From Acidimicrobiales bacterium (GTDB taxonomy: Bacteria; Actinomycetota; Acidimicrobiia; Acidimicrobiales; Bin134): a stretch of DNA of 64,000 nt. Positions within the stretch are counted from its first letter, which is position 1. Each line of letters begins with the position of its first letter. A program made the translations under genes and the position numbers. The notes beneath the pieces were generated by a model. The model was given only the letters and a program-made list of their open reading frames with translations. It was not told where the DNA came from and did not search any database. Of this stretch, positions 48,719-57,879 are shown one piece after another. Where the stretch lies: NCBI GenBank assembly GCA_965208505.1, contig OZ242339.1:2011162-2075161 (forward strand). The letters are read 5' to 3'.

Positions 48719-49333
48719 ATGAAATCGCTTAGAAATTCCGAGGAGGTGGTCGAGGGCCTCGGTGAAAAGGTAATTGAAGCTCTTGGGGCTGCCATCCCCC
48801 GAACACGGCTTGACCTTGCCAGATATCAGGCGATGCTCCCGGACATCGTTGCAACCTCCAGTTCTCGGGGACTGGCAAATTGGTTCCACGATCGCATTTG
48901 GTTCCACGTTGTCTCTGACCTTGAATCCCTCGACAACGCTGTCATTGTCGATAGGGGCCCGACTCGGGAGATCGTTATTGACGGCTCATACCGGATCCGC
49001 GTCAAGCGTCATGACAAGAAAGGCCAGATCAGCACCTACCCAACCCAATCTGCACTTGAGTTCCTTTCTCAGCCGCCAGAGCAACTCGTACTCGATGGAC
49101 TCGCTGAGGTCCACTTGATCGCTGGATACCAGTGGAACCCGACGACTCATGAGATAGGACCAGCTGTCCTGTCACTTCGCGACGGTCGAAACAATGTGAT
49201 CTGGATGATGGAGCTCCCCAACCTGGCTACTGGTGCCCCAGTCGTTGACATCACAGGCCCAAGAACCCCGGAGATCCCGACTATAGAGTTCCCGAGCAGC
49301 AGCGTTGGAGAAACGGAGGTCCGCCCGCAGTGA
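48719..49333 (+). CDS. hypothetical protein (orphan), coupled to XRE-ImmA/IrrE gene
   Basis: 204-aa ORF in a lower-G+C segment. Its stop overlaps the GTG start of the next gene (GTGA). No family recognised. Confidence 0.5.
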   Translation: MKSLRNSEEVVEGLGEKVIEALGAAIPRTRLDLARYQAMLPDIVATSSSRGLANWFHDRIWFHVVSDLESLDNAVIVDRGPTREIVIDGSYRIRVKRHDKKGQISTYPTQSALEFLSQPPEQLVLDGLAEVHLIAGYQWNPTTHEIGPAVLSLRDGRNNVIWMMELPNLATGAPVVDITGPRTPEIPTIEFPSSSVGETEVRPQ

Positions 49334-50370
49334 GCTTGGGGGAAGCAATCGCCACTGCACGACGAGCTCGAGGCTTGACTCAAGAAGAACTGGCAGAATG
49401 CCTGAACGTAACCCAGGCCGCTCTTTCCCGGTACGAAAACGACCTTCGAGACCCTACGGAGGAAGCTCTGAGCGAGATCGCCTCAGCTCTGGGAGTTGTA
49501 CCTGAGTTACTGAATCGAGCTGACCGCATGGAGGGGGCTCTGGCCGTTGGCGCTCACATGCGGCGACGAGCAACTGCCAAGCCGACGGTGTGGCGTCGGC
49601 TTGAAGCTCAGCTAAATCTCTACCGGCTCCATGCTCAGCGTCTCTTTGACGAGATCGGCCTGCGCACCGACTTATCTATCCCTGCGCTTGACCCACTCGA
49701 GTACGACCCCTCCTCAGCAGCCCGTATCCTCCGGATGCAATGGCGAATGCCGAGCGGACCGATTCACAATCTATGCAACTGGATGGAGGCCGCTGGCTGC
49801 CTGATCGTTGTTACAGATTTCGGCACATCTCGAGTAGACGGGCTATCTCAGTGGAGTGGTGCTCATCCGGTGATCATGCTCAACGCATCAGCACCGACAG
49901 ATCGCCGTCGGCTCACCTTGGCACATGAGCTGGGACACCTTTGCCTTCACAGCCAAGACATCTCTGACGATGTAGAGGCCGATGCCACTGAATTTGCTGC
50001 TGAGTTCCTTATGCCAGCAGAAACCATAAGGCCACAGCTTCGTAACCTCGGCCTCGGACGTCTTCATGACCTCAAAAGACTCTGGGGGGTTTCGATGCAA
50101 GCGCTGATTGAACGTAGTCATCAACTGGGACTCTTGAGCCCTCGGGAACGCACCAACTTCTATAAGCGGTTCAGCTCACAAGGTTGGCGAACCCGGGAGC
50201 CATTGAGTGACGAGTTGGCACAAGAAAAGCCCCGTCTCGCCGCGGAAATTGGCCAAGCCCTGATCGCTCGCGGTCTCACCGACAGCGAAGCCGCCATCAT
50301 CTGCGGCTTCTCCCCTGACAATCCGGACAACCCCTTCCTTTCTGACGCTTCCCGACTTCGCCTTGTTTGA
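49330..50370 (+). CDS. XRE-family HTH fused to ImmA/IrrE (M78, DUF955) metallopeptidase domain
   Basis: 346-aa ORF with N-terminal HTH (RGLTQEELAECLNVTQAALSRYE) and zinc motif HELGH. Confidence 0.8.
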   Translation: MSLGEAIATARRARGLTQEELAECLNVTQAALSRYENDLRDPTEEALSEIASALGVVPELLNRADRMEGALAVGAHMRRRATAKPTVWRRLEAQLNLYRLHAQRLFDEIGLRTDLSIPALDPLEYDPSSAARILRMQWRMPSGPIHNLCNWMEAAGCLIVVTDFGTSRVDGLSQWSGAHPVIMLNASAPTDRRRLTLAHELGHLCLHSQDISDDVEADATEFAAEFLMPAETIRPQLRNLGLGRLHDLKRLWGVSMQALIERSHQLGLLSPRERTNFYKRFSSQGWRTREPLSDELAQEKPRLAAEIGQALIARGLTDSEAAIICGFSPDNPDNPFLSDASRLRLV

Positions 50371-50410
50371 AGCCCTATTGGAGCTCATGCAAGGCCGGTA
50401 GCCTTTCAGC

Positions 50411-51007
50411 ATGTCCAAGCCGCTGGCGCTGCGCTTTCTCAAGTCGGCCAGCGATGCCGGCCAGCTACCCGAGTCCCGCTGCGAGGTGGCGCTGGTGGGG
50501 CGGTCGAATGTGGGCAAGTCGTCGCTTTTGAACTCGGTGGCCAACCGCAAAGGCCTGGCCCGCACGTCCAAGGCGCCGGGGGCCACCCGGCTGATCAACA
50601 TCTTCGAGCTGGAGGGCGAGTCCGGCCGCTGGCTAGTTGACCTCCCCGGCTACGGCTTTGCCAAGGCCCCCAAGGTGCAGCGGGTCGGATGGCAGAAGAT
50701 GATGGACGGCTACCTGCTCGACCGGCCCACTCTGGTGGAGGTGCTGCTGCTGGTGGACGGCCTCATCGGCCCCACCCCGCTCGATCTCCAAACCGTGGAA
50801 TGGCTCGAGCACCACGGCGTGCCCCTGCAACCGGTGGCCACCAAGGCCGACAAGGTGAAGCCGTCCCGCCGGGGCGCCCGAAAGGCCGAGCTGGCCAAGG
50901 GCCTCGGCGTCGCCCCCGGCGATGTCATCTGGACCAGCGCGGCCAAAGGCCAGGGCATCCCCGAACTCCGAGCCGAGATCGGCACCGCCCTCCGGCTCAA
51001 TCCCTGA
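50411..51007 (+). CDS. engB: ribosome biogenesis GTP-binding protein YihA/EngB
   Basis: 198-aa ORF with G1 GRSNVGKSS, G3 DLPGYG and G4 TKADK. Confidence 0.9.
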   Translation: MSKPLALRFLKSASDAGQLPESRCEVALVGRSNVGKSSLLNSVANRKGLARTSKAPGATRLINIFELEGESGRWLVDLPGYGFAKAPKVQRVGWQKMMDGYLLDRPTLVEVLLLVDGLIGPTPLDLQTVEWLEHHGVPLQPVATKADKVKPSRRGARKAELAKGLGVAPGDVIWTSAAKGQGIPELRAEIGTALRLNP

Positions 51008-51623
51008 GCAAAAACCCCACCGCGGCCTCCAGCTCGGCCAGCGCCTCGTCGGGATCGACCACCTTTATGGTGGTCATCCCCATGGCCCGGGCCGGCTTGA
51101 GGTTCACCCCCAAGTCGTCCAAGAACACACACTCCGAAGGCGCCACGTCCAACGCCTCGCAGGCCATGGTGTAAAACGCCGGATCGGGCTTGCGCACCCC
51201 CACCACTGAAGACTCGATAACCACGTCGAACCAGCCCATCACCTCCGCCATCTCCGCCGACCGCTCCGACGATGCCACCGGCGCATAGTTATTGGTCAAC
51301 AGCCCCGTCTTCAGCCGCTCCGAGCACCGCCGCACCGCTTCGGCCATCGCAGGCCGCAGTTCGCCGCCCAGCCCATTGAGCACCGCCATCCCATCAACCC
51401 GATACCCCAGCGCCGCCGCCTCTGCTTCAAACGCCTCGGCGAACTCCTGAAGCCTGATCTCACCCCGCTCCATCTGCGCCCAAGCATTGGTATCCGCATC
51501 AGTCGCATTGATCCGCCGTATCAACCCCTCCGGCAGCCCATTGTCCCGCTCATAAGCCGCAAACCCCTCCCAAGGCCCCGAAACAATCACCCCACCCATA
51601 TCAAACAACACCGCCTCGACCAC
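50997..51623 (-). CDS. HAD family hydrolase
   Basis: 208-aa ORF with motif I LFDMGGV and a late FLDDLGVN motif. Confidence 0.8.
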   Translation of the reverse strand: MVEAVLFDMGGVIVSGPWEGFAAYERDNGLPEGLIRRINATDADTNAWAQMERGEIRLQEFAEAFEAEAAALGYRVDGMAVLNGLGGELRPAMAEAVRRCSERLKTGLLTNNYAPVASSERSAEMAEVMGWFDVVIESSVVGVRKPDPAFYTMACEALDVAPSECVFLDDLGVNLKPARAMGMTTIKVVDPDEALAELEAAVGFLLRD

Positions 51624-51691
51624 CGCCTGAGGCTAACCGACCCGACTAACAGTCCCCCGAGCCCATCGCCGGTGGGACTATCTGCGTGCGC

Positions 51692-52969
51692 TCAGGCCGC
51701 GATTCGTCGTTTGCCGGGTTGCTGTGGTGGCGGAGGTGGGAGGCCGAGGCGGGGCGGGGGTTGGAGCGTGAACCGGCCAGTTTCGGGGCAGGGCTCGACG
51801 GAATAGCCGCTTTTGTGGACTTTCTTGTGGCAGCGGGGGCACAGCAACACCAGGTTGTCTATGTCGGTGGTCCCGTTGTGCTCCCACGGTTGGATGTGGT
51901 GGGCTTCGCAGGCCTGTGGCCTGATGCCGCAGCCTACGCAACCTCGGTCTCTGCGGTAGAGGGCCAGCTTCTGGGCCTTGGTGACCGCTCTTTGGGCTCT
52001 TCCCACATAGAGGGGCTGTCCGTCGGCTGAGAAGATCATCGGAACGATCGCCGCATCGCAGGCCAAGCGGCGGAGCTCATCGAGGTCGATGGGCGTTCCG
52101 TCGATCAGCCCGGCGCTTGTGAGCCGGCCCTCGATGGCGTCGTACTCGGCTGACATCACGAGTACCGTCTTCTGCGGCCGAACGCCGCCGCCTTCACCGG
52201 CAGACTCATTTGCCGAAGCGTCGGCTGGCTGCTGGGTAATCAGCGTGACGAGTGCGTCTGCGTTGCGCTGCTCGAAGGTGCGCACCGGTTCGTAGGCGAT
52301 GTCGTCACCGAGCATCTTGGTGCTCATGGCCCAAAGGGCGGTCTTGACCCGATCTCCGGCTACCTGATCTAGCTCGGCGTGCAAAACGACCATACCGCCG
52401 CTGCCGTCGAACACCTTGACAGAGCGGCGGGCTCTTTGCCGCTCAATGCGGCTCATCCCGTCATCGGCCCGGCGCCGGTCCTCGCTGGCGACGACGGTCT
52501 TCTTGAACTCGTCGTGGCCTTGCCAACCGCCCAGCGCCAGCAGCTCTTGTTGGTCCTGCCCGCTTATCGGCACCCGCTTGTGCGATTCTGCGACCATCCC
52601 ACCCTGATCGGCGGAGATGTGTCCATTCTGCACGGCGCTGAGGACGTCGGGCATGGCCGTGAGCCCTTCGGCTATCTTGGCCAGCTGACGGGCCTTGTGA
52701 GCGCTGATTCCGAATTGATGGCACACCGTCGCCGCGGCACTCCGGCCCTCGATCTCTCCGTAGCGGACAACCAGTCCAACGAGGTATCCCTCCGCACGGC
52801 GGCGGATCGAGTCAGCCTCCGCCATCAAACCGAGCAACTCCGAAGCACTCGCCCCAGAAAAATCAGGAAACCCAAAACCCGCAGCAACACCGGCTTTGTC
52901 ATGCCCTTCACTGGGATTTATCCCAAACTCCATACATGCAATTATATCAATCCGAGTGACAACAACCAT
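51692..52969 (-). CDS. DUF222 domain / HNH endonuclease (REP13E12-like) protein
   Basis: 425-aa ORF with HNH motif CEAHHIQPWEHNGTTDIDNLVLLCPRCHKKVH. Start may be the MEFGINPSE codon at 52933. Confidence 0.85.
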   Translation of the reverse strand: MVVVTRIDIIACMEFGINPSEGHDKAGVAAGFGFPDFSGASASELLGLMAEADSIRRRAEGYLVGLVVRYGEIEGRSAAATVCHQFGISAHKARQLAKIAEGLTAMPDVLSAVQNGHISADQGGMVAESHKRVPISGQDQQELLALGGWQGHDEFKKTVVASEDRRRADDGMSRIERQRARRSVKVFDGSGGMVVLHAELDQVAGDRVKTALWAMSTKMLGDDIAYEPVRTFEQRNADALVTLITQQPADASANESAGEGGGVRPQKTVLVMSAEYDAIEGRLTSAGLIDGTPIDLDELRRLACDAAIVPMIFSADGQPLYVGRAQRAVTKAQKLALYRRDRGCVGCGIRPQACEAHHIQPWEHNGTTDIDNLVLLCPRCHKKVHKSGYSVEPCPETGRFTLQPPPRLGLPPPPPQQPGKRRIAA

Positions 52970-52985
52970 CCTGAATTAACAGGAA

Positions 52986-53438
52986 TTAGGCGACCATCCG
53001 CAAGAGCCGGTTGCCGGTATTGGTGTCGACGTAGGCGAAGCTCTGCGGGGGTCGAAAGCCTCTCGGCTTCGCCCGCAAGTCTTGGAGAGGCACCTTACTG
53101 ATGAGCGATTGCGGCTGTGCCAGCGTTAGAGCTGTACCTACTTCCAGTCCCTCGAAATAGCGCTGGAACTCTTGGTGGGCCAACGCGCATCGTGATCCGT
53201 GCTCGCGCCACAACACGGCGAGGTCGGCAGACTGGACATCCGTGACAATGCAGGTGCCGAGCAACGCCCGTACCGGTGTAGTCGCATACAACAGCGCCCG
53301 CGTCGGGACTTCGATCTTCGGCGCCGTGCGCCGGAACTCCACCGTCTTGTCCCCCGCAAGGATCGCTTCGGCGAATCTCGGCTTGAGCGACAGGACAACC
53401 ATCCGGTCTTGGTCGATCCCACCCACATCCTCAACCAT
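52986..53438 (-). CDS. ASCH domain protein
   Basis: 150-aa ORF. VVLSLKPRFAEAILAGDKTVEFRR is typical of PUA-like ASCH proteins. AAGG lies upstream of ATG 53438. Confidence 0.7.
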   Translation of the reverse strand: MVEDVGGIDQDRMVVLSLKPRFAEAILAGDKTVEFRRTAPKIEVPTRALLYATTPVRALLGTCIVTDVQSADLAVLWREHGSRCALAHQEFQRYFEGLEVGTALTLAQPQSLISKVPLQDLRAKPRGFRPPQSFAYVDTNTGNRLLRMVA

Positions 53439-55426
53439 CTCGCCTTAACCCTTCCTCGTAGAGTGCCCGGACACTCTGCTCGTCAACTCGTCGAGTTGTT
53501 ATGAAGTATCCCCTGGTATTCATGTCGGGGCACAACTCTCTGGCCCTCGATATCGGAACTGGCTCGCGGAACATCTCCGTTTGGCTGAAAAGCAGCGCTG
53601 TCGCTACAAGATCACTGCTCTCGCCAAACGGCTTGGCGCTTCTGAGCACCTGCGGCTTGTCGAGCACCCCGCGGGTTTTGGTGCTTGCGAAAAAGGCGGT
53701 GTGGGTCTCCCGTGTCGACCTCGTCCAACCACGACATAGCTCGCACGCCCCCCAATGCCCCGCCACCTGAAACCCACCAGATGATCCTTGCGGGCGCTTC
53801 AACAAAACTGCGGGGTGCCATGTAGTAGGTATTTTCTCGGGCAGCGGCTGCTCGGGAGTGCAACTCGAACAGCCGCGTCTGAGGCTCCTCATACCCGAGG
53901 AGGACGCGGGCGTACTCCGGCTTGATCGGCACCACATAGGACCTGATAGCCCTGCTGAAGACCTTCGACGGCCACGCAAAGCGCTCGTATTCTCGCACCA
54001 GATGGGAGTTCAGCCTGTCCCAACCGAACTCGATCAACTCCGGCGGCAAGGCATCGTCAGGGCCGAAGAGATCGGTCCGCACTACCGCCTTCCAAGCTGA
54101 CCCCTCGGCTCTGAACCCCTCGTCGTGCAGTGCCCGCTCGACTAACCGACGAGTTAGGTCGTCCACTGCGACGGTTGCCGGCCCATCGTTGGCGACGATT
54201 GTCCGAATTTGGTGGACCATCTGCCTGGCTGCCGTATAGGACTGCTGCCCTGGAGCACTACGGAGCGCTGTCACCGTGACGCCAGCTTGATCCCGGTACA
54301 TCGCGGCAATCGCCAGAGGTTCTTCTGAGTCTGTCTTGAGATACTCGATGCGCCCCCCGTGGGCAGTTGAGACGCTGAAACGCTGCCTCAAGCCGCTGGG
54401 GCTCTCACCCACATGATGATGGCAGCAGACTGACAGATCGGTGTTCGCAGGTATTTTTGAGACGGCAGACACGACCATGCCCGACGCAGCGATGGCTCGT
54501 GTCTGATGGCTGTGATCGCTTCCCAGCGCTTGGAGGCGTAACAAGAAATCGTCCGGCCCAACCAGATTCACCCCTGTCATCTGCCCGATCTGCTCCGCAT
54601 GCTTGAGGACACCTTCGTCTCGCGTGATGAGGTACGCGGCTCCCCCGGTCACTGCCTGGGCGACTACCCGAAGATCGCCACCTCTCAGAACAGCTACAGA
54701 CGGATCAGCCTCAAGCAACCCCAAAGCTGCCTGCCATGCCTCATAAGACGGTTCCAGAGTTCGAAACTCGCCCAGTGCGGATTCAAACCTCTCACCCTTG
54801 GGTATCTGACCCGACAGTTCAGAGTGACTCTGCACCGTTACTGCCAACTCTGCGACCTCGGCAACCCAGTCTGCGACGAGCGCCCGCGAGGCGAGGAATT
54901 CTCGCTGCTCCAAGATGTCCAACAGAACATTGGTGTCGATGGCCGCCAATAAGCGAGCATCTTCCTGTTCGGGTTCCCCAAAAAGTGCCTGAGCTGCGAT
55001 TGGCCGCCACCATGTGACGAGGGGGTGTCCAGCACGACTGCGGCCTGGCTTCTCCCCCAAGCGCCGAAATCCGAACTCGGGCCACAAGCTGTTCGCTTCG
55101 TAGTCCTTGCGGCACGACAGATGGATCCCCGCCCTGTGGGGGTTGCGCTCAACAATGCCCTCCACTAGCTCCCGCGCGATCCCCCTCCCTCGTTGTTCTG
55201 AACCCACACAGAGATGGGTGAGTGAGATGTCCCCTGTCCTGATCCTCTTCCTAAAGAGCGCGTAGCCTCTGACCTCACCGTCTTCCGCGAACACGAGCAC
55301 CCTGCCGTCGGCTGCGGCCTCGTTGATCGCCGAATACGGCAAGATTCCCAACGTCGCACTGCTGGCGTTTCCAAGTTCGATGACCTGCTCGTAGTACGGC
55401 GACCCTGGTTTGACTGTTTCGATCAC
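53431..55426 (-). CDS. multidomain GNAT acetyltransferase - PIN nuclease - (GNAT-like) - ASCH-like protein, apparent 1-nt frameshift near 53667-53670
   Basis: GTG 55426 has GGAGGG 8 nt upstream; an alternative upstream start is possible. GNAT core SEQRGRGIARELV; PIN AIDTNVLLDIL..YLITRDEG; C-terminal VVPIKPEYARVLLG. The reading frame 53612-55426 continues in the 53431-53979 frame. Confidence 0.6.
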
Positions 55427-55762
55427 GTTCAATGCCCTCCAATCAGCGTGGCGAGGTCGGGCGAACTCTACCGGGAGGTAACGACACAATTGCCCGCAGG
55501 CGGTTCCGGCTGGGGCTAGCCCAAGGAGCTTGCAGGTCACTGTGTTGGGACACCACCTTGGCGCGCCGGCTGGATCGTTCGGCAACGGCTGGTCCCTGTC
55601 CTTCTTCGACACGGGTACCCCTATCGAGGTGATCGACCGGAGGGGATTGCTCGCCACCCCACAAACCAAGCTCGCAAGAGCGAGAGGACAGATACACCTC
55701 TATCGCCCCTCAATTCGGTAGAGTAGTGCCCACATGGTCCCCGGCAGGGGGGCCAACAACCT

Positions 55763-57184
55763 ATGGAGTTCCCGATGCGGATCTTGTCTTCTGTCACCCC
55801 CACCCCCGAGCAGTTGAAAGTCCTCGCAGATGTCAAACCAGGGTTCCGCATCATCAGAGGTGCTGCTGGCAGCGGCAAGACATCCACAGCGCTCCTAAGG
55901 TTGCGTGAGCAAGCCACAGTCCGCCTCAAGCGTCGTCAACGTCATAGTCACACCACACCAGTGCGGGTGCTGGTCTTGACCTTCAATAGGACCCTTGAAG
56001 GCTACATTTCAGAGCTTGCCAGGCAATCAACACCCAGCGATGATGCTCTGGAGTTGGAAATCAGCACCTTTGGTCGCTGGGCGAGATCGCTGGTCGACGA
56101 CGTTGAAATCTTGGGTCGCAATCAAGCCTCGGCAATTCTCCGTCCCCTCATTCAACATTTCACAACCTCGCATCAGCACGAGTTCTTCGTCGACGAGGTT
56201 GAATACGTCTTGGGCCGGTTCACGCCAGAAGGCCTCTCCAGCTACCTAGAGGTGGTCCGCAGGGGCCGAGGCACTGCTCCGCGGGTAGACAAACCCGTTC
56301 GAGAGACCCTGCTCCAAGAAGTTCTTCCTGCGTACAAAGAGGCTAAGGCCAAGCGTGGCGTTGTCGATTGGAGCGATCTCGCCATCTTGGCTTCTGATGC
56401 TCAGCCGGATCTGCTCTACGACGTAGTGATCGTCGATGAGGCACAAGACTTCTCTGCCAACCAAGTCAGAGCAGTGAAGCGCCACCTTCAGGACTCCCAC
56501 AACACCACCTTTATCATCGATGCCATTCAGCGCATCTACCCTCAGTACTTCACATGGAACGAGGTTGGTATCGAGGCTCGCCCTGAGGTCATCCGCACCC
56601 TCCGAGAGAACTACCGCAACACTGCCACGATCGCCTCCTTCGCTTTGCCGCTCGTAGACGGCCTTCCAGTCGAAGACGACGGCACGTTGCCGGACTTCAC
56701 CGCCTGCCAGCGCTCAGGTGCCAAACCGCTTGTCGTCTCGGGCAAGTACAGCGCACAGCTCCGCTTTATGTTCGATCGGCTCACGAAAGACGCTGACTTG
56801 GAATCCGAGTCAGTAGCCCTGCTCCAGCCTCGAGGCGGGGGCTGGTTCGACGAAGCTCGGCGGATCTTGCAAGTTCGAGGGATACCGTTCTGTGAGCTGA
56901 CCCGCGAGAACGAATGGCCATCAGGTTCTGAGGTAGTCGCCCTCTGCACCATCCACTCCGCCAAGGGCCTCGAGTTCGATCATGTGCTGATTCCCGGTCT
57001 TAGCCAGCAAGTCACTCCACATGGGCCAGATGCCGGTGACGCCAACCTGGATCGGCTGCGCCGCATGTTGGCCATGGCCATAGGCCGAGCCCGCAAGTCG
57101 GTAATGGTCGGCTACAAGCCCGGCGAAGAATCCCGCCTTGTAGGTCTTCTCGACCCCTCCACCTACCACTTTGTTGAGGCGTGA
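55763..57184 (+). CDS. SF1 (UvrD/Rep-like) helicase, compact form
   Basis: 473-aa ORF with Walker A GAAGSGKT, Walker B VIVDEAQD, NYRNT, TIHSAKGLEFD and AIGRARKS. ATG 55775 has a better RBS (GGAG). Confidence 0.8.
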   Translation: MEFPMRILSSVTPTPEQLKVLADVKPGFRIIRGAAGSGKTSTALLRLREQATVRLKRRQRHSHTTPVRVLVLTFNRTLEGYISELARQSTPSDDALELEISTFGRWARSLVDDVEILGRNQASAILRPLIQHFTTSHQHEFFVDEVEYVLGRFTPEGLSSYLEVVRRGRGTAPRVDKPVRETLLQEVLPAYKEAKAKRGVVDWSDLAILASDAQPDLLYDVVIVDEAQDFSANQVRAVKRHLQDSHNTTFIIDAIQRIYPQYFTWNEVGIEARPEVIRTLRENYRNTATIASFALPLVDGLPVEDDGTLPDFTACQRSGAKPLVVSGKYSAQLRFMFDRLTKDADLESESVALLQPRGGGWFDEARRILQVRGIPFCELTRENEWPSGSEVVALCTIHSAKGLEFDHVLIPGLSQQVTPHGPDAGDANLDRLRRMLAMAIGRARKSVMVGYKPGEESRLVGLLDPSTYHFVEA

Positions 57185-57879
57185 CAGCCATGAACTGGGA
57201 ACCCGAAGCAATCCCAAAGACCGCAGATCAACTACGCCATTCACCAAGCTGCCCCGAGGTGGTCGAAGCTGCCGTTGAGCGGGGCATTACCTGCATAGTG
57301 CATTTCACCCGCATCAATCCTGGTCTGGTGGGCATATTGGACAGTTCGGCAATCAAGTGCAGGAGTGACCTGCCTGATGACAAGCGATTGAAGTACGCGT
57401 ACGAGCCGAATGCGAATTATCGAGGTCGGGACTCCCGCTGGCACGGATACGCCAACCTGTCCGTGACAGGAATAAACAAGCGGATGTTCCGCTCATCCAA
57501 AGAGTGGCACACAGAGGTAGATTGGGTGATCCTTGGCTTTGGCCCGGAAGTCCTGGGCGACCCCGGCGTTGTTTTCTGCACCACCAACAACGCCTACCCA
57601 GTCGTACACCGCTGCGAGGACTTGCCGGGCTTCGAGCAAATGTTCGCAACAGAAATCCCCTGGGGCTATCAGGGAAGCGTCTGCACCCGGATCGGGCGAC
57701 AGTCGAACCAGACGACCGATCCCCAAGCGGAAGTCCTCTACCCGTCGGCACTCTCCCTCGATCATCTCCACACGATTACCGTTGGGGATGAGGACACATA
57801 CGACACCGTGGTTGGCGCCTTGGCCAACTTCCCAAACTACACCCCCTATATCGCCCTCAAGCCGGAGGCGTTCCGATGA
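57181..57879 (+). CDS. DarT-like (DUF4433-like) ADP-ribosyltransferase, putative toxin
   Basis: 232-aa ORF. Four blocks are collinear with my recollection of DarT: CIVHFTRI, HGYANLSV, VFCTTNNAY and QAEVLYPSALSLDHLHTITV. 4-nt overlaps with both neighbouring genes. Confidence 0.55.
   Translation: MTAMNWEPEAIPKTADQLRHSPSCPEVVEAAVERGITCIVHFTRINPGLVGILDSSAIKCRSDLPDDKRLKYAYEPNANYRGRDSRWHGYANLSVTGINKRMFRSSKEWHTEVDWVILGFGPEVLGDPGVVFCTTNNAYPVVHRCEDLPGFEQMFATEIPWGYQGSVCTRIGRQSNQTTDPQAEVLYPSALSLDHLHTITVGDEDTYDTVVGALANFPNYTPYIALKPEAFR

Noticed and set aside
46223-48722. Two alternative-frame ORFs of about 400 aa each (46223-47410 and 47514-48722) on the + strand.
   Set aside because: They are Arg/Pro/Gly-rich translations in the wrong frame of the amidohydrolase and acyl-CoA dehydrogenase genes, which have clear family motifs.
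55432-55721. Small ORFs (63-84 aa) inside the helicase/GNAT-PIN divergent spacer.
   Set aside because: There is no RBS, the composition is Arg/Ser/Pro-rich and no motifs are recognisable. They are kept only as part of the long-spacer observation.
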